DNA of 64,000 nt, taken from contig JAVECL010000030.1 of the NCBI GenBank assembly GCA_051942245.1, forward strand, positions 1 to 64,000, written 5' to 3'. The notes under the pieces were generated by a model. The model saw only the letters and a list, made by a program, of their open reading frames with translations. It was not told the origin of the DNA and ran no database searches. Positions 1 through 12,100 of the stretch are shown here, piece after piece. Each line of letters begins with the position of its first letter. The first letter of the stretch is position 1. A program made the translations under genes and the position numbers. This DNA comes from Trypethelium eluteriae (lineage: Eukaryota).

Positions 1-751
1 CATCCTGCACACCCAGCGCGCCCTGCACCACCCCTCCTCCCGCATCCAAATCCAGCGCGGTCGCAACGCCGACGTCGTCGAATACATGCTTGTGGACGAT
101 GCGGTCGATGAGGGGAAGGAGAAGGTCGTTTTCAAGGCGGCGCGCTACTACGGTTTCCGCAATATCCAGAACCTCGTGCGACGGCTGCGGCCGCCGAGGC
201 CGTCGCGCATGTCTGGGGCACGGCCTGTGGGGATGGCGAGGAGGCCTGTAGGGAAGGCGGGGGAGGGGGCAAAGGAAGATTATGCGTATGTGGAGGTTAT
301 GGCGTGTCCGGGAGGTTGCACGAATGGTGGGGGTCAGATTAAGGTCAGTGATGTGGTGGGACTGCGGAAGGGGGTTGAGGGGGTGGAGAATGGAGGCGAG
401 CAGGTTGTGAGTGCGGATCAGAAGGCGTGGTTGGCAAGGGTGGATGAGGCGTACTTCTCAGGGGTGAGCGGAAGCGAAGATGAGCAGGGTGAGGAGAATG
501 AGGACGTGACGACGAATGGGCTGGGTGATGGCGTCATGGATTTTGATGATGATCCTATGGATGTGGTGAATGGCATTTCTCGGCGTTATATCATGAGTGT
601 CCTGAGGCACTGGGAGCATCTCACTGGCGTGGGCCTAGACAGATTGGCGTTTACGAGCTATAGAGAGGTCGAGAGCGATGTAGGGAAGGACAAGATGAGC
701 GAAACTGAAAGAGTGGCTGGCCTAGCGAGTGCTGTGGGTGGTGGCTGGTAG
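1..751 (+). CDS. NAR1: Cytosolic Fe-S cluster assembly factor Nar1 (iron-only hydrogenase-like), 3' part; 5' end outside window
   Basis: Motifs [12 protein letters not shown] and [17 protein letters not shown], plus a C-terminal ...GGGW* end typical of Nar1/IOP1. Confidence 0.93.
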   Translation, partial: ILHTQRALHHPSSRIQIQRGRNADVVEYMLVDDAVDEGKEKVVFKAARYYGFRNIQNLVRRLRPPRPSRMSGARPVGMARRPVGKAGEGAKEDYAYVEVMACPGGCTNGGGQIKVSDVVGLRKGVEGVENGGEQVVSADQKAWLARVDEAYFSGVSGSEDEQGEENEDVTTNGLGDGVMDFDDDPMDVVNGISRRYIMSVLRHWEHLTGVGLDRLAFTSYREVESDVGKDKMSETERVAGLASAVGGGW

Positions 752-1224
752 GCTTAATACTCTTGTGACTACAATCTCGGAGGGTGCAATAGCCAGCATC
801 GGACTTATGTGGTCCAATTTCGCGCTGTCTATAAATCAACACAGTGTTAGAATATCAATTCCGCGGATACGATAGACTACTGTGAGTGTGATCAGGCTTT
901 CCCAGCGCGTGCTTATATAAATGCTTGAAAGGTGTTGTTTCTTCCGACGCTTCGGAAGGCCAGAGATCCTTGGTACCGGATGCCCCGATACTTATTTGAC
1001 GCCACTGGGATTACACGCCATCATGCTATATGTGTTGTAGAGCTTTGATCCAGAGAGGAGCATTGTTCCGAACATCTTTGTTGTAGATACATGAGTCCCA
1101 ATTTAGTGATTTTTCTACGTCGTACAACCTCTATCCCCTGCGTATTAGCACTGCTCCCTCTTTGATCCCATTCTGCAACATTAGAAGTCCCTAGGATTGT
1201 TATAAATCCCCTTTTCCACATTAC

Positions 1225-2367
1225 ATGATGGCCGCACTGTTTCTCAAGTACCGAATTATAGAAGCTGTTTTCTATCTTACCCTCATCAACAATGCACTCG
1301 CGAACCTACCAGTTGGAGACGGCGTAAAGCCTCTCTTAACTAATCAAACCTCAGGCACTTTAAGTTCAGTCGATCATCCTTCACCCATTCAAACGCTATG
1401 TGCGCCCGACACTTGCGGCACTGAGTGTAGTAAATCTTTTCGTCCACCGTCTAGGAAATTTGGTCACTCTAAAATCCCTATTGAGGCTATAAGGGCAAAC
1501 TCTACCTTGGACGACATGATAACACATGGCCTACAGAATCGTACAAGCTACCCACGAAAGAGGGCGCTTGACCCTGTTCCAGCGGCAGTTGCCGATCGAC
1601 GAGAGCACGTTGCTGCTTTATCGAGGTACATTACTGCAGAAGATCAGTGGGTTTCTTATGATACCAGACGTAGTCTGGCACGGAAAACTACTACTTCTGC
1701 GGTGGAATTCGACGAGGTCAACGCCAGAAGTGCCTTCGGTGCCAAAGGGCTTACCGGATGCACGGCCGTTCTCATTGTATCTACAAGAGGTATCTTTGGT
1801 GCGCATATCTGGGAATTTCCCACCTTTGTGAACTCGGGCGGTCGAGAGCGACCTGATGACTTTTTCATTCAAGAGGGCGTCGACGTGCTCTTCAATGGAA
1901 GTCCGGAGGAAGGTGCGGGTGAAACTGACATCGGACTAGACCTCCTTACCATAGAGGGGGAGATGATGATGCATGGAACTAACCCAAGAATGTTTATTCT
2001 TACGCCATTTAGCAATGATCAGGATAGAGAGGGGGGAATACAGACGGTTCTTCGGTATGATAGGCAAGTGAACCTGCTTGCCGAAAGGTTGCAGCAGGAA
2101 GAGGGGTGGGTTCCTAGAATTGTAGGATACACTCGTCGCCGTCTCATCGATACTACTGGTGATCGGCTAAGTCGCGCAAGGCCATACCGTGGCTTTGGGG
2201 GGAGGGCTATCTTCGAATGGGACTTGAATGAACGTCTGGAGGAGGGAAATCGGATAGGGAAATGGAGACTGTGGCTTGAGGATGAAATGATCATGGAGCA
2301 AGAATTTCAGGTAGATGCAGAGAATTTAGATTCAGAGAGTAGCATATCTGAGAATACCGGATTTTAG
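1225..2367 (+). CDS. Intronless putative secreted protein (signal peptide, possible Kex2 site PRKR, GLTGC...AHIWE motif)
   Basis: 380-aa ORF; hydrophobic N-terminus (AVFYLTLINNALA); conserved-looking KGLTGCTAVLIVSTRGIFGAHIWE block. Confidence 0.7.
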   Translation: MMAALFLKYRIIEAVFYLTLINNALANLPVGDGVKPLLTNQTSGTLSSVDHPSPIQTLCAPDTCGTECSKSFRPPSRKFGHSKIPIEAIRANSTLDDMITHGLQNRTSYPRKRALDPVPAAVADRREHVAALSRYITAEDQWVSYDTRRSLARKTTTSAVEFDEVNARSAFGAKGLTGCTAVLIVSTRGIFGAHIWEFPTFVNSGGRERPDDFFIQEGVDVLFNGSPEEGAGETDIGLDLLTIEGEMMMHGTNPRMFILTPFSNDQDREGGIQTVLRYDRQVNLLAERLQQEEGWVPRIVGYTRRRLIDTTGDRLSRARPYRGFGGRAIFEWDLNERLEEGNRIGKWRLWLEDEMIMEQEFQVDAENLDSESSISENTGF

Positions 2368-3277
2368 TAAGCGACTCCCGCTGTGGTGGGCAGGAGATAT
2401 CACACAGATCAGAAGTCGAATCCAGCGTGAGAGAAAGTGATGCCCTGTGTTGGATGACTTGTCACGATGTAATGCTGCAAGGATATTCTGATGCAGGAGC
2501 AGACTTGCTCGCTTGTCCGAAATCGACATACTATGTTCATAGATGTGAGCGGACATGAATGGAGCAGATACAGAAGGATGGAGGAGGATCAGAAAATGCG
2601 GTAGACAGACGCCCCATCAGTATACTCCATCACAGCCGAGCACCGAGCTTCTCAGTTTGGTTGATAACGTGCTAATCTTGATCCTAGGCGTTAGGGGGCT
2701 TATTGGAAATGTGGGAATGAAGTGGTACTAAATGTATTGGTCTACGTGTGAAGGAGCTGCAGACTAGACAGCCTGAGATGGAGCATCTAAAGAAGCTAAG
2801 CCGAGGTTGAGCCGACCAATGAAATCTCCTCATCAAGTCTAGCGTGATGCTCGTCATCAGCGCAACACAGAATAACTTATTGTACAGGAACAGAAGACGA
2901 AGACAGATTTCAAAAGTCTGGAGCCCAGCTTGTATGTGCGTGAAGAATTGAGTTCATACCTCAAGACAGATTCTGCTCAAGATCGTAGATTTTCTGGGTT
3001 TTTCTGGTCTTCGTCTTCGTCTTCTTAATATAGTCATATTCTTCAGATACCACTCAGGATACGAGTCATGTGTATATTATGATTTAGTCAAAAGTGCATC
3101 TTTGTAAGATCCTGAAATCTATGGACAGGTATCGCTTTCTCGTACATGTGGTAAGTAATAATTGAACTAAGTATACTTCAATACAAGAGACGTCAGACGA
3201 GATGTCCAAGAAAGGGATGGAAAAGGGAAGAATGAAGATGTATATTGCAAAAATTCGAAACTGAATCATTCAATAAA

Positions 3278-3356
3278 GGCTCTATGGTCTAGAGGTATGA
3301 TTCCTGCTTTGGGTAATGTCTGCAGGAGGCCCCGCGTTCGAATCGCGGTGGAGCCC
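3278..3356 (+). tRNA. tRNA-Pro (anticodon TGG) with a 7-nt intron (3314-3320)
   Basis: Acceptor stem GGCTCTA/TGGAGCC; anticodon stem CCTGC/GCAGG with loop TT-TGG-G[TAATGTC]T; T arm CCGCG-TTCGAAT-CGCGG; T-run Pol III terminator just downstream (3362-3366). Confidence 0.95.
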
Positions 3357-4795
3357 TAAAATTTTTGCGTTTGTTTTTTAGGTTTTGAGCCTTTCATCCC
3401 TTCTTCTCGACGTCACAGCAACAAGAATGAAGCTCCTCCGTCTTTCTTGTCGCAGTCCTTTGCTATCCTCGGGTCAGCCTGTGTATTTGATGGATTGTGG
3501 ATACTAATCTAGGGCCTGATGAGGCAAATCGAAATAAAGTATGGAACAGCACGACCCACTCCTTTTTTAATGTAGGCTTATCTTTTTAGTGATACCTTCA
3601 GCAACTGTATAAGGTATTAAGAGATATACGTACAATTTTAAATGGGCCGTTGAGAATTCTTGAGACGGGACTAATCTCAACATGAACGTTGGATCTGATT
3701 TGGCATATTGCGATCTTGTATGATCAATAGCTAAACTTTTCTATCGATTGTACAGAGAGGAGAGAGGTATTCTTTTTGCACGTTCGCGTCTACTCCGTAT
3801 GCGCTCAGACCCTCATGTTCTTGCCGAGGGAAGACTGTGCTCGATCATACTACTTCGAGCGTTGCTATCTATAATTTTCGTCTCACTGGGATCAGATCAT
3901 GGTTCTATCGGAGGAAGTCTTTCGTAGCAGCAATTGATCGTATGCATGGACTCTCTCAATCCCGATTTGGCGTACTTGAAATTTTGCACAGGAAATTATG
4001 AAGGTCACTTTAACTTCTACAGAAACACTAAGAATCTGCACAACTGCTTGGTTACTCCCATAAGTGACGTATTCAGTAAAACCGAACGGCCCCTCACATA
4101 CTTATGGGCCCATCGCCAAAGTATTGCCAGAATTCATATATAGGACTACTACCCAAAAGTCCAAAATTTCTAGCTAGGGGTCCAGCTTCCCGTTCCTGAT
4201 GCCTCTTCTAAGCATGTCCTCAACAACGAGCATTCTCTGAAGGATGTCTTCGTCTAAAGGACTTTGTTCCTAAACAATGCTGTTGATTTTACGTTAGATC
4301 ATGGCTTGTTTTTCCATCGCTCTGCCTGAGGGGATTCGGGGAAAGTGAATGTCTGGACAGAATTTCCACATCTTGGCACCTAGGTCTTCGCCACGCTGGT
4401 CTTCTCACTCCTGAGCTCGACTTTCTTGTGTCTACGTTGTAATTGTTACGTAGTATGTCCAAATTCAGAAATAATTCTGCAGATGCGAAGTGGATAACCG
4501 TGGTAAAAGTCAAATAGTAGATGAGACCTGCACTGTGGAGAGTGCGGGAGACATCCAGCAGACATTTCTAAGAAAGACGGACATCTCTATAACGAATATG
4601 ATTCAGCAAATGGGACGAACTACATCAAATATCCAAATCCGAATGCCAAAGCGGCCCAGCAAATCCAACACCAAAGCTAGATAGCCTGGCCACTTGGCCA
4701 AGATACAGAAAATTATAACCTGGCGAACCAGACAGACATTATACACCGCGCCACATGCTCATCCTCTTCAACCTTGATTCAGCGGTCGACAGTGC

Positions 4796-5861
4796 TTACC
4801 AGTCAAGGTAGTTACACTTCAACGAGAACCCAGGCTTCAAGTTCCGCTGATCATCCATCGCACCCCAATGCTTCTCATCCTCCGGCTGGCCATTATCCCC
4901 AACGGAAGCCGGCTTCCACGACTCATCGAACGCCTCAAAGTAAAACACATTGACGCCCCACGCCAGCATGCCACACACGCTCTTGGCATAGTACTCGGCC
5001 GCCCACGAAGTATTCGCCTGCGCAGGCCCGTACGGCGTGCCGCCCGTCGTCGGCCACCCGGTCTCGCCATTCCAGATCTCGATGGAGGTGGTGGAGCCCG
5101 CCAGCTGCTGCACGTGCGAGATGGCCTGCGACATGTCGTCGAAGTAGACGTTGTGGGAGCCGGTCGCCTGGTCGACCGTCTCGCCCTGCCAGTAGGCGAA
5201 GGCGTTGATGAGCAGGATGTCGACGCCGCCGGTGACGAGGGCATCGGCGGTGCCGTCGGCGTACTTGTTCCAGGAGTCTGCCGTGCCGACCTTGATGTGC
5301 GAGGGGAGGCCGGATTTCACGGTGTTGATCTTTTGGAGGAGCTCGGCGCCGGTGAAGTTGCCTCGGTAGAGGGTCTCGGAGCCGACGGTGACAGCGTAGA
5401 CGGCGGAGGCGTATTGGTTGGCGTATTGTTGAACGGCGCTGTTGTCGGCGTCGAAGGAAGAGGGCTCGTCGGGCCTGGAATGGATGGTAAGCGACGGTGT
5501 TTTGTAATTGATTCAAGATGAACCATGAGGTCCTTCGAAATCGGAAGGACGGAGGGAAAGGAACGGATGATTCTTACCAGATGCCTAGAATGACCTGGAA
5601 CCCCCTGTTCTGTGCAGCAGGAAGAATCTGCTGGGCAAAGTTGCAGTCACTCGCTGAGTATCCACGGACGATCTTGCTGCCAGTCTGAGCAGAGATGGCA
5701 TCAAAGTCCTTTTCATAATCGTTTGTGTATTTGCAGGCACCGCTTGGAAGCTTCGTGCCCAAAGCGAAACCGAGTTGAGCGCCCAGAGCATGGGGGTTTT
5801 GTGCGACGACAGTGAGAGGGCCTGCTGCCGCAAGAGCTGCTACAACAGTGGAGGCACGCAT
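4796..5861 (-). CDS. BGL2: GH17 cell-wall beta-1,3-glucanase/glucanosyltransferase (Bgl2/Bgt1-like); intron 5475-5577
   Basis: Signal peptide MRASTVVAALAAAG; motifs VGSETLYR, NAFAYWQG, GETGWPT, FEAFDESWK, EKHWG; the GT..AG intron restores ILGIW-PDE. Confidence 0.9.
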
Positions 5862-7197
5862 CGTGAAGATGGTATTAATGTAGGTGATTTGCGTGAAATA
5901 GGTTTTAAGAAACAAAAGGAGACGAATGGGACGCGACGATCTCAGTGACCCCCAAAGGAGAGACGATATGGTGTTGTACACCCAAAGGAATGTAAAGTAG
6001 TGCCAATGAAGCCACCACCAGTATAGACTATGGTCAGTAAAGAATGACGAGTGTTGAGAGAGTGTGTGTTGGTGTGTCGTTGAGATCCGCAAGTCGAGAA
6101 TAGGGAGAAGGGGGAATACGCGCCCGCAAATTCGGTTTAGCGCGAAAACGGCAAGAAACAAAGCGAGCCGTGCAGCAAGTTAGGAACAGGAAAAGTGTGA
6201 ACACAGGCAGCTACTTTTAGCTAGCGCCACATGTGCAGGCCTGCATAAACATCGAAACATCGAAATATCATGTTTCTACGGAATATCATCCACCTTTCGT
6301 GGCCAGCACGTGTGAACCCCTTCCCGAAGTTTCACTTCTATGTTGATCCTCATGACTTCTCAAGTTCCTCCCGCTGCGGTGGAATTGATCAGGAATAATT
6401 TGGTGACTCACTTTGAACCTTCTCCCAGTCTCACAGCTCCGTAGATTCCTCAGCTTCCGTAGAAACTTGATGTACGAGATTTGTATGTCATGCGACATGT
6501 AGATCCACCAACGTGCGTCTGGGCCTGACCTGCAGAATTTGCATTGGAACATCATCAGATTTCCATTTTCGTCATGGCGATTAAAGTGTGCACAAGGATC
6601 ATGACCATCACAGCACGAAAGTCTCAAAGAGATGCGAGGATTGATAGAAAAATGTTCGACTCGTTATTCGCTCTACCCCGAGCTCGCAACCATGACTGTC
6701 ACCCAACGAGAGTGGTATATTACAATTGTAGCTACCAAACCATCATCCCGCCTGCCTGTCATAGAATTGACCAATAAGCCAGCAAATTCCTCCTGCAGCA
6801 CGTCATGAAGACGGTCGTGCGCTCGTGATGCTCCATTAAACTCCAGCGTGATGGTGTGTGGTATCATGAGAAAAATCCCCCTAAGTAGCAAAATCCTTGT
6901 AGAAGCGAGTGTAAAGAAGTGAAAAAAAAAAAAACAGCAGCGAATTGCAAAATCAGCTCGATGTTGGCAAGAACAGGAAATTTCCAGTGAATTGATGTTA
7001 TTAGAGGAGTAACATCGGGGTAGAGTTTTCGGATAGAGTTTTTGAAGAGTAGAGAGATGTGGAGTAACTCTGGTGCAGTATTACAACCACTGAACTCGTC
7101 ACTGTTGTCGCTTGATGTCGCACGATTAACCTTTCACTCGAGATAACCCAGAGGTTTCTGTTTTTGGAGCATTGGTATGCAGGAGCGTTGCTTTTGA

Positions 7198-7635
7198 TCA
7201 GTTGCCACGCATGATCTCGTCGATGCCTCCGATTGGCATGATGCTGACGTCCAATTTGTCCATGGGTCTCGGCTCCATGATAGTATTGGCGCGGCCACCA
7301 AAGATCTTGCGTTCCTCCTCAATCTCAATTTCCATGCTGCTGGGCCTCCTCCTGATCAGGATCGCCTGGTTGATGCTTGAGGTGATTGACGGAGTCGCTG
7401 AAAACTCGGAGGTTGCTGAGAATTCGGTCGTTGCGGAAAGGTTGGGAGAGGTGACGAGATGCCCCTTGTCCGAGTGGGATGTAGCTGGGAACGAGGTAGG
7501 TTCGACAAAGCTGGAGGAGGACGAGAGTGGGGACTTGGAAGTGGTGGAGGCACGAGAGGAAGGCTTCGGGGAGCCAGGAGTGAAGACCGTGCGGATACGG
7601 TGAAGTTGCTCAGTGAACATGCGTGGACCATGCAT
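7198..7635 (-). CDS. Small Ser/Thr-rich hypothetical protein (145 aa)
   Basis: ATG-initiated ORF with RRRPSS kinase-site-like motif, an 18-nt duplicated unit (TEFSAT/SEFSAT) and an ordered C-terminus (IMEPRP...GGIDEIM). Confidence 0.55.
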   Translation of the reverse strand: MHGPRMFTEQLHRIRTVFTPGSPKPSSRASTTSKSPLSSSSSFVEPTSFPATSHSDKGHLVTSPNLSATTEFSATSEFSATPSITSSINQAILIRRRPSSMEIEIEEERKIFGGRANTIMEPRPMDKLDVSIMPIGGIDEIMRGN

Positions 7636-9185
7636 CTTGACGGTATTGACTCAATCGAAGATAGATTGGTGGATTTTGAGGATTTGCAGGGTTCAAGTCA
7701 AGGGACAGATTGCTTTGCGTAGACTTATAGCAGTCAATGCGGAGAACCAAAAGGCGGGAATTTAAAAGTTATATGGCTGGGCAAGTTGGCACCTGAGAAG
7801 TACCAGAATTGAAGTGACTTGGAAGGAGCGTAGGATTGCAGGCTCAGCTCTGCGTGAGGTAGATGATGAAGAGAATGATCGTGTGACCAAGAAAGATCCA
7901 ACAAGCAAACGAATTCCAAGGTCGATAGGGCTTGGCCTTTGATAAGGAAACAGTGACCGATGCAGGTGACCAGACGCACTGTGAGAAGGGAAGGTAGAGT
8001 ATCGAGATGGTTACCCAGGCCCACCAAGAAGTGAATGGGGGGAATTGCTCAAGAGCGGTGCACACAACACTCAGAGTGGGCAGTCGTCAAGCCCGCCTAA
8101 TATTCCAGATGACCCCAACGGAATGGCGCTCGCTGATATGTATATTAAGGGCGGGCGGAGAAGGATGAGCGGGACAGCTGTTCAGCCAGGACACTTGGAC
8201 GCGCATTTCATCATTCTTTCAACCACTCACCTTACATTCATTGCGCCAGCTTCGGAAAGCGCGTGCACATCATTGCCCGACCCAAGCATTGGCCTGACTG
8301 ATTGCGGCAGGTGGAGGTTACGAATGTGTGGAAGGCGGAGCCCCTGGCCCATGGAAGGGACGTTGCGAGATGATGCACGCGACGCGGCACAGATGAGACG
8401 GCAGGGGCCCACCCGTTCGCGCGTTTGAAGTTTCCGCCCTGACCTCTACGTGAGACAGCGACGCCAGGCACGCCCTCCACAGACTGGTGGACGCTCCACA
8501 GACCCTTCTCCGATCGGCTAGACATTCCGTCGGTACCCTCTTGTGCTCTTGCCCCTCTGCTGCCTCCCATGACCCTGACCATCGCAATTCGCCCCACAAG
8601 GAATTTAATTGGCTGGCGTCGCCCGCCGAACACTCAATTGATGGAATTCCGAAGATCTGTATATCTAACTTTGGATGGACTCCGGCCGCTATGCATCACA
8701 GGAGAAAAATACTAGGTGCCTGAAAAATAGGGGATTAGGTAAACCCTTGAGACTCCAACTGCGGCCGTCTCATCCCTGCCTTGGTATCATGACCGCGCCA
8801 AGTCCAAGCATAAAGTCCCCAGAGTCCCTCAAACGCTTACGCCACTGCGCCCAAACAAGCGCTGATACTCCAGACGCAACACCCACGACCGCTTTCGTGG
8901 CCGGCATCAGCCACGATCGAGTCCACGTCACAAATTCTCTTCGTATTCCACGCCTCGGATCGCAATGCTTCCAGAATTCTCCAACGCCGTGACCCTCAGA
9001 AATTCTTTCCATGCTCCTCTTCATCATCATAGACCCAAAGATAACCTCCAGGCCACTCAAAACCTTCCCCGGCGAGGATCCGTAAATCCAATCGCAATTC
9101 GCACCAGCGATCTCGCCGAACTTCTTGTGCTTTGCCTCGTGGGCTGTCGCATCCTCCCTCATCATGACTTCAACTCTCCCCAAAT

Positions 9186-12100
9186 TTAACTCTCATCCCT
9201 CCTCCTCCCAGGCGATCCCCGTCTCAGCGTAAAACTCCTCCGGATACTCTCCCCCCACGCCGAATTATCCAGCACCTCGAGCACATCCTGCGCACTGACA
9301 TTGCTATTCCCCCGACTGCGTCCACCATGCCGCGACTCATCCGGCTCTGCTAAGCCACCAGCACCAGCGACAGCACCACCCTCACTGTACAGGTAATGCT
9401 GATGGCTCTGACTCCGCTGATGCACCGTCGCCCCCGTCATCGTCGTCGTAGGCGTCGACGGCCCGCTACTGCTCCCACCCCCCGTCAGCGCCTCCGCAAA
9501 CTGCCAGTCCTCGGACCCTTGCGCTCGTAGGTGTCGCGGCGTGAGCTGCGGCGAGATCTGCAGGCTGTTGGGCCGCGCCGTCGGCGACGACGGCGAGATC
9601 TGGATCGAGCTCGAGCGGGCGCGCGCGCTGGCTGCTGCCCCGCTGTTGCTGCTGCTGCTGCTGGGGCCCGCCTCGGTCTGCGGCGTCGTCGTTGTCGGGA
9701 AGGAGGAAGAGCCCGCGGCGGGTGGGCTGATGGGTGGCGAGATGCGGGCGAGGCCGCGACGTAGTCGGTCCTGCGGGCGGAGGATCGGGCTGGGGACGAA
9801 GGTGTCGGTGTGTTCGTAGCCGTCGGTGGGGGTTGATGCTGAAGCGTTGGCAGCTAGGTGTTGCCCGTGTTGGGGTGGCGCATCGCTGGCGCCGTCCTCG
9901 TCGACGAAGATCTCGGGGACGGTGAATTGTGGCACGTCGGTCATATTGCGCAGGTTGCGGGATTCGATTTGGCGGCGGAGTTTGCGGGACCAGTAGACGG
10001 TGTCGAAGAAGCCGATGACGATGTTGCGACGGACGGCTTCTTCGACGCGCTGGAGGCGAGCGCGGCGGCGGAGGTATTCTTCGAGACGCAAGCTCTTGCT
10101 GTCGTTGATGACCTTGTAGTGTGCCAGAATCATGAGCAGTGAGTTGAAACTGATTCCTCGATCGGGATCGGCAGATACGAGAACTTCTTCGTAGAAGACG
10201 TTCATGCGCTTACGTCGTCGTCGGATCTCATCGATGGGAAGGCGGACCAGTCGTTCGCGGAGTTTCTTTATATCGATCTCCACTGGAGGGCCGGGACCAC
10301 CGTCAAGTGGCAATGACGACTCACGAGGTTGGACTTTGCAGTCTTCCACAAGCCGGCCAACCGTAAAGTCACCATCGTAAATGCGCATTTCAAAGATGCC
10401 AGAGAGTTCCTACCATCTCGTCAGTATAATCTGGATTTATACATCATCGTATGCACTTACCCCAAGGAATCGCGGAAACTGCTCTTTGGTGATGTAACCG
10501 CTTCCGCCTGGATCGAACTCGGCCCAAGCCTGCTTGAAACGCCGGATCTCTTCCCTCGAGATGACCGAAAGCCCACTGCTCCTCTGGTAGACGTATGAGA
10601 AGCTTTCGTAGATGAGCGAGACAAACAAGTTCACGAAGATGTACATGCTCAGAATATTCCATAGGATGAAGAGTGCTCTTGCCCACTCAGGACTACCACA
10701 GTCCCCATTGTAGTATTGCTCACTAGTGACGCAGAATGGTGGTGTAACGGTGGCAAAATCCTCCATAATTTGATTCCAGCCTTCTCCCATACTGGTCCTA
10801 AACAGCAGGATTAAAGCTTTTGGAACGTTGCGAAAATTGAGGTTAACGGTTTCTTGAGAGTTGAAACGGGTCAAGCCAAAGGTCTGAGTCAATGCAATGG
10901 CAAAAACCAGGAACAAGACGAACCAAGTCGCCATGAGGTTGGCAATAGATCCGAGCGACGCTGCTGCAGTCTTGAAGAGCTGGTCTAGCTGGTTGTTCCG
11001 CGGAATGAGTAGCAAAGCAATGCCGACGAGAGCGAGCTTGTGGATTTGCTGGAACGTCCGGTCATCGTATCTTGAAAAGGTGAGAATGGCGAATATGAAG
11101 GCAACAGTAACCATGAAGAGGGCATAGACATCCCACGAAGACTTGCGAAATCGTGTCCAGGTAAGGCCAATGATTCGGATAGCAAGATTGGACATGTAAA
11201 TGAGCGTGAAAAGAAAGAAGATGGAATCCCTCAACTTGTCCCACCATGATACCGAAGGGTAAAATTCCAAGCACAGTAAGATCAAGTGTATGATTAGTAT
11301 GAAAGTGATGGATCGCTGCCATCTACCCCCTTTCGTAATAGCCCGTCGGTAGCACCATTCTTCCCAGGTTTCCCGTTTCTTCGAAGATGAAGGCCGTTTC
11401 GACGGTGACACTTGCCGTAAGAGTTTGCGTAACTCCAGCCACGACCTTTGGTCGGTTGTCAGAAATGCCACACCCGTCTGCTCCGTGTAGTTGCGCATGA
11501 AGACAGACACGAACAGGGTCAGCACGAAGACAGCGCCGAGCAAGTTAAAGATAACGAAGAAAACAGCGTTGCCCTGAGAAGAATATGCTTGTGGCTGCGT
11601 GAATAGACCGGTGATAGACTCGGCGGCCCACATGACATCTATCCAACCTTCTTGAGAGACAATTTGGAAGAGAATGAAAAGAGATCCTCCGAAACTGTCG
11701 AAATCATAGTATGGGTTTGCCACTGTTCGCGGGGCCAAGACATTCCAACCGTAAGGCGAGCTGAGGTACTCGCCGGTACAGTCGGTAAGGTTGCCGATGT
11801 TGAGGTTGGTGTCATTGCATTGCATCATTTTCCCATTGAATAGGTTGAGGCCGTAAATGGCGAATGGAATGAGCAAGCTGAGTGAGACAAAGGCAGCGCC
11901 GATAACCTTCCATCCTCCCAGGATAATGACGGAATGAAATGTATCCCTCGCACTGTCGCTGACATTGAGTAGCCGCAGAGCTCGAAGAGCTTTGAAGGCA
12001 CCGACGGCTCGCGAGACAGCACCTTTATTGAACAATGACGTTGCCACGTTGATCCACAAAGTAATCAACACGATGCCGTCAATGAACCCCCAGGTACTTC

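Noticed and set aside
4837..5521. Long overlapping or antisense ORFs over BGL2 (also over GST 45946-46915 and Pol X 62017-62679)
   Set aside because: Shadow ORFs caused by high GC and codon bias of the real genes; no recognisable motifs.
7734..9183. Several short ORFs between the 145-aa gene and the CCH1 3' end
   Set aside because: Mutually overlapping with no domain or clear splice structure; probably promoter/UTR sequence.
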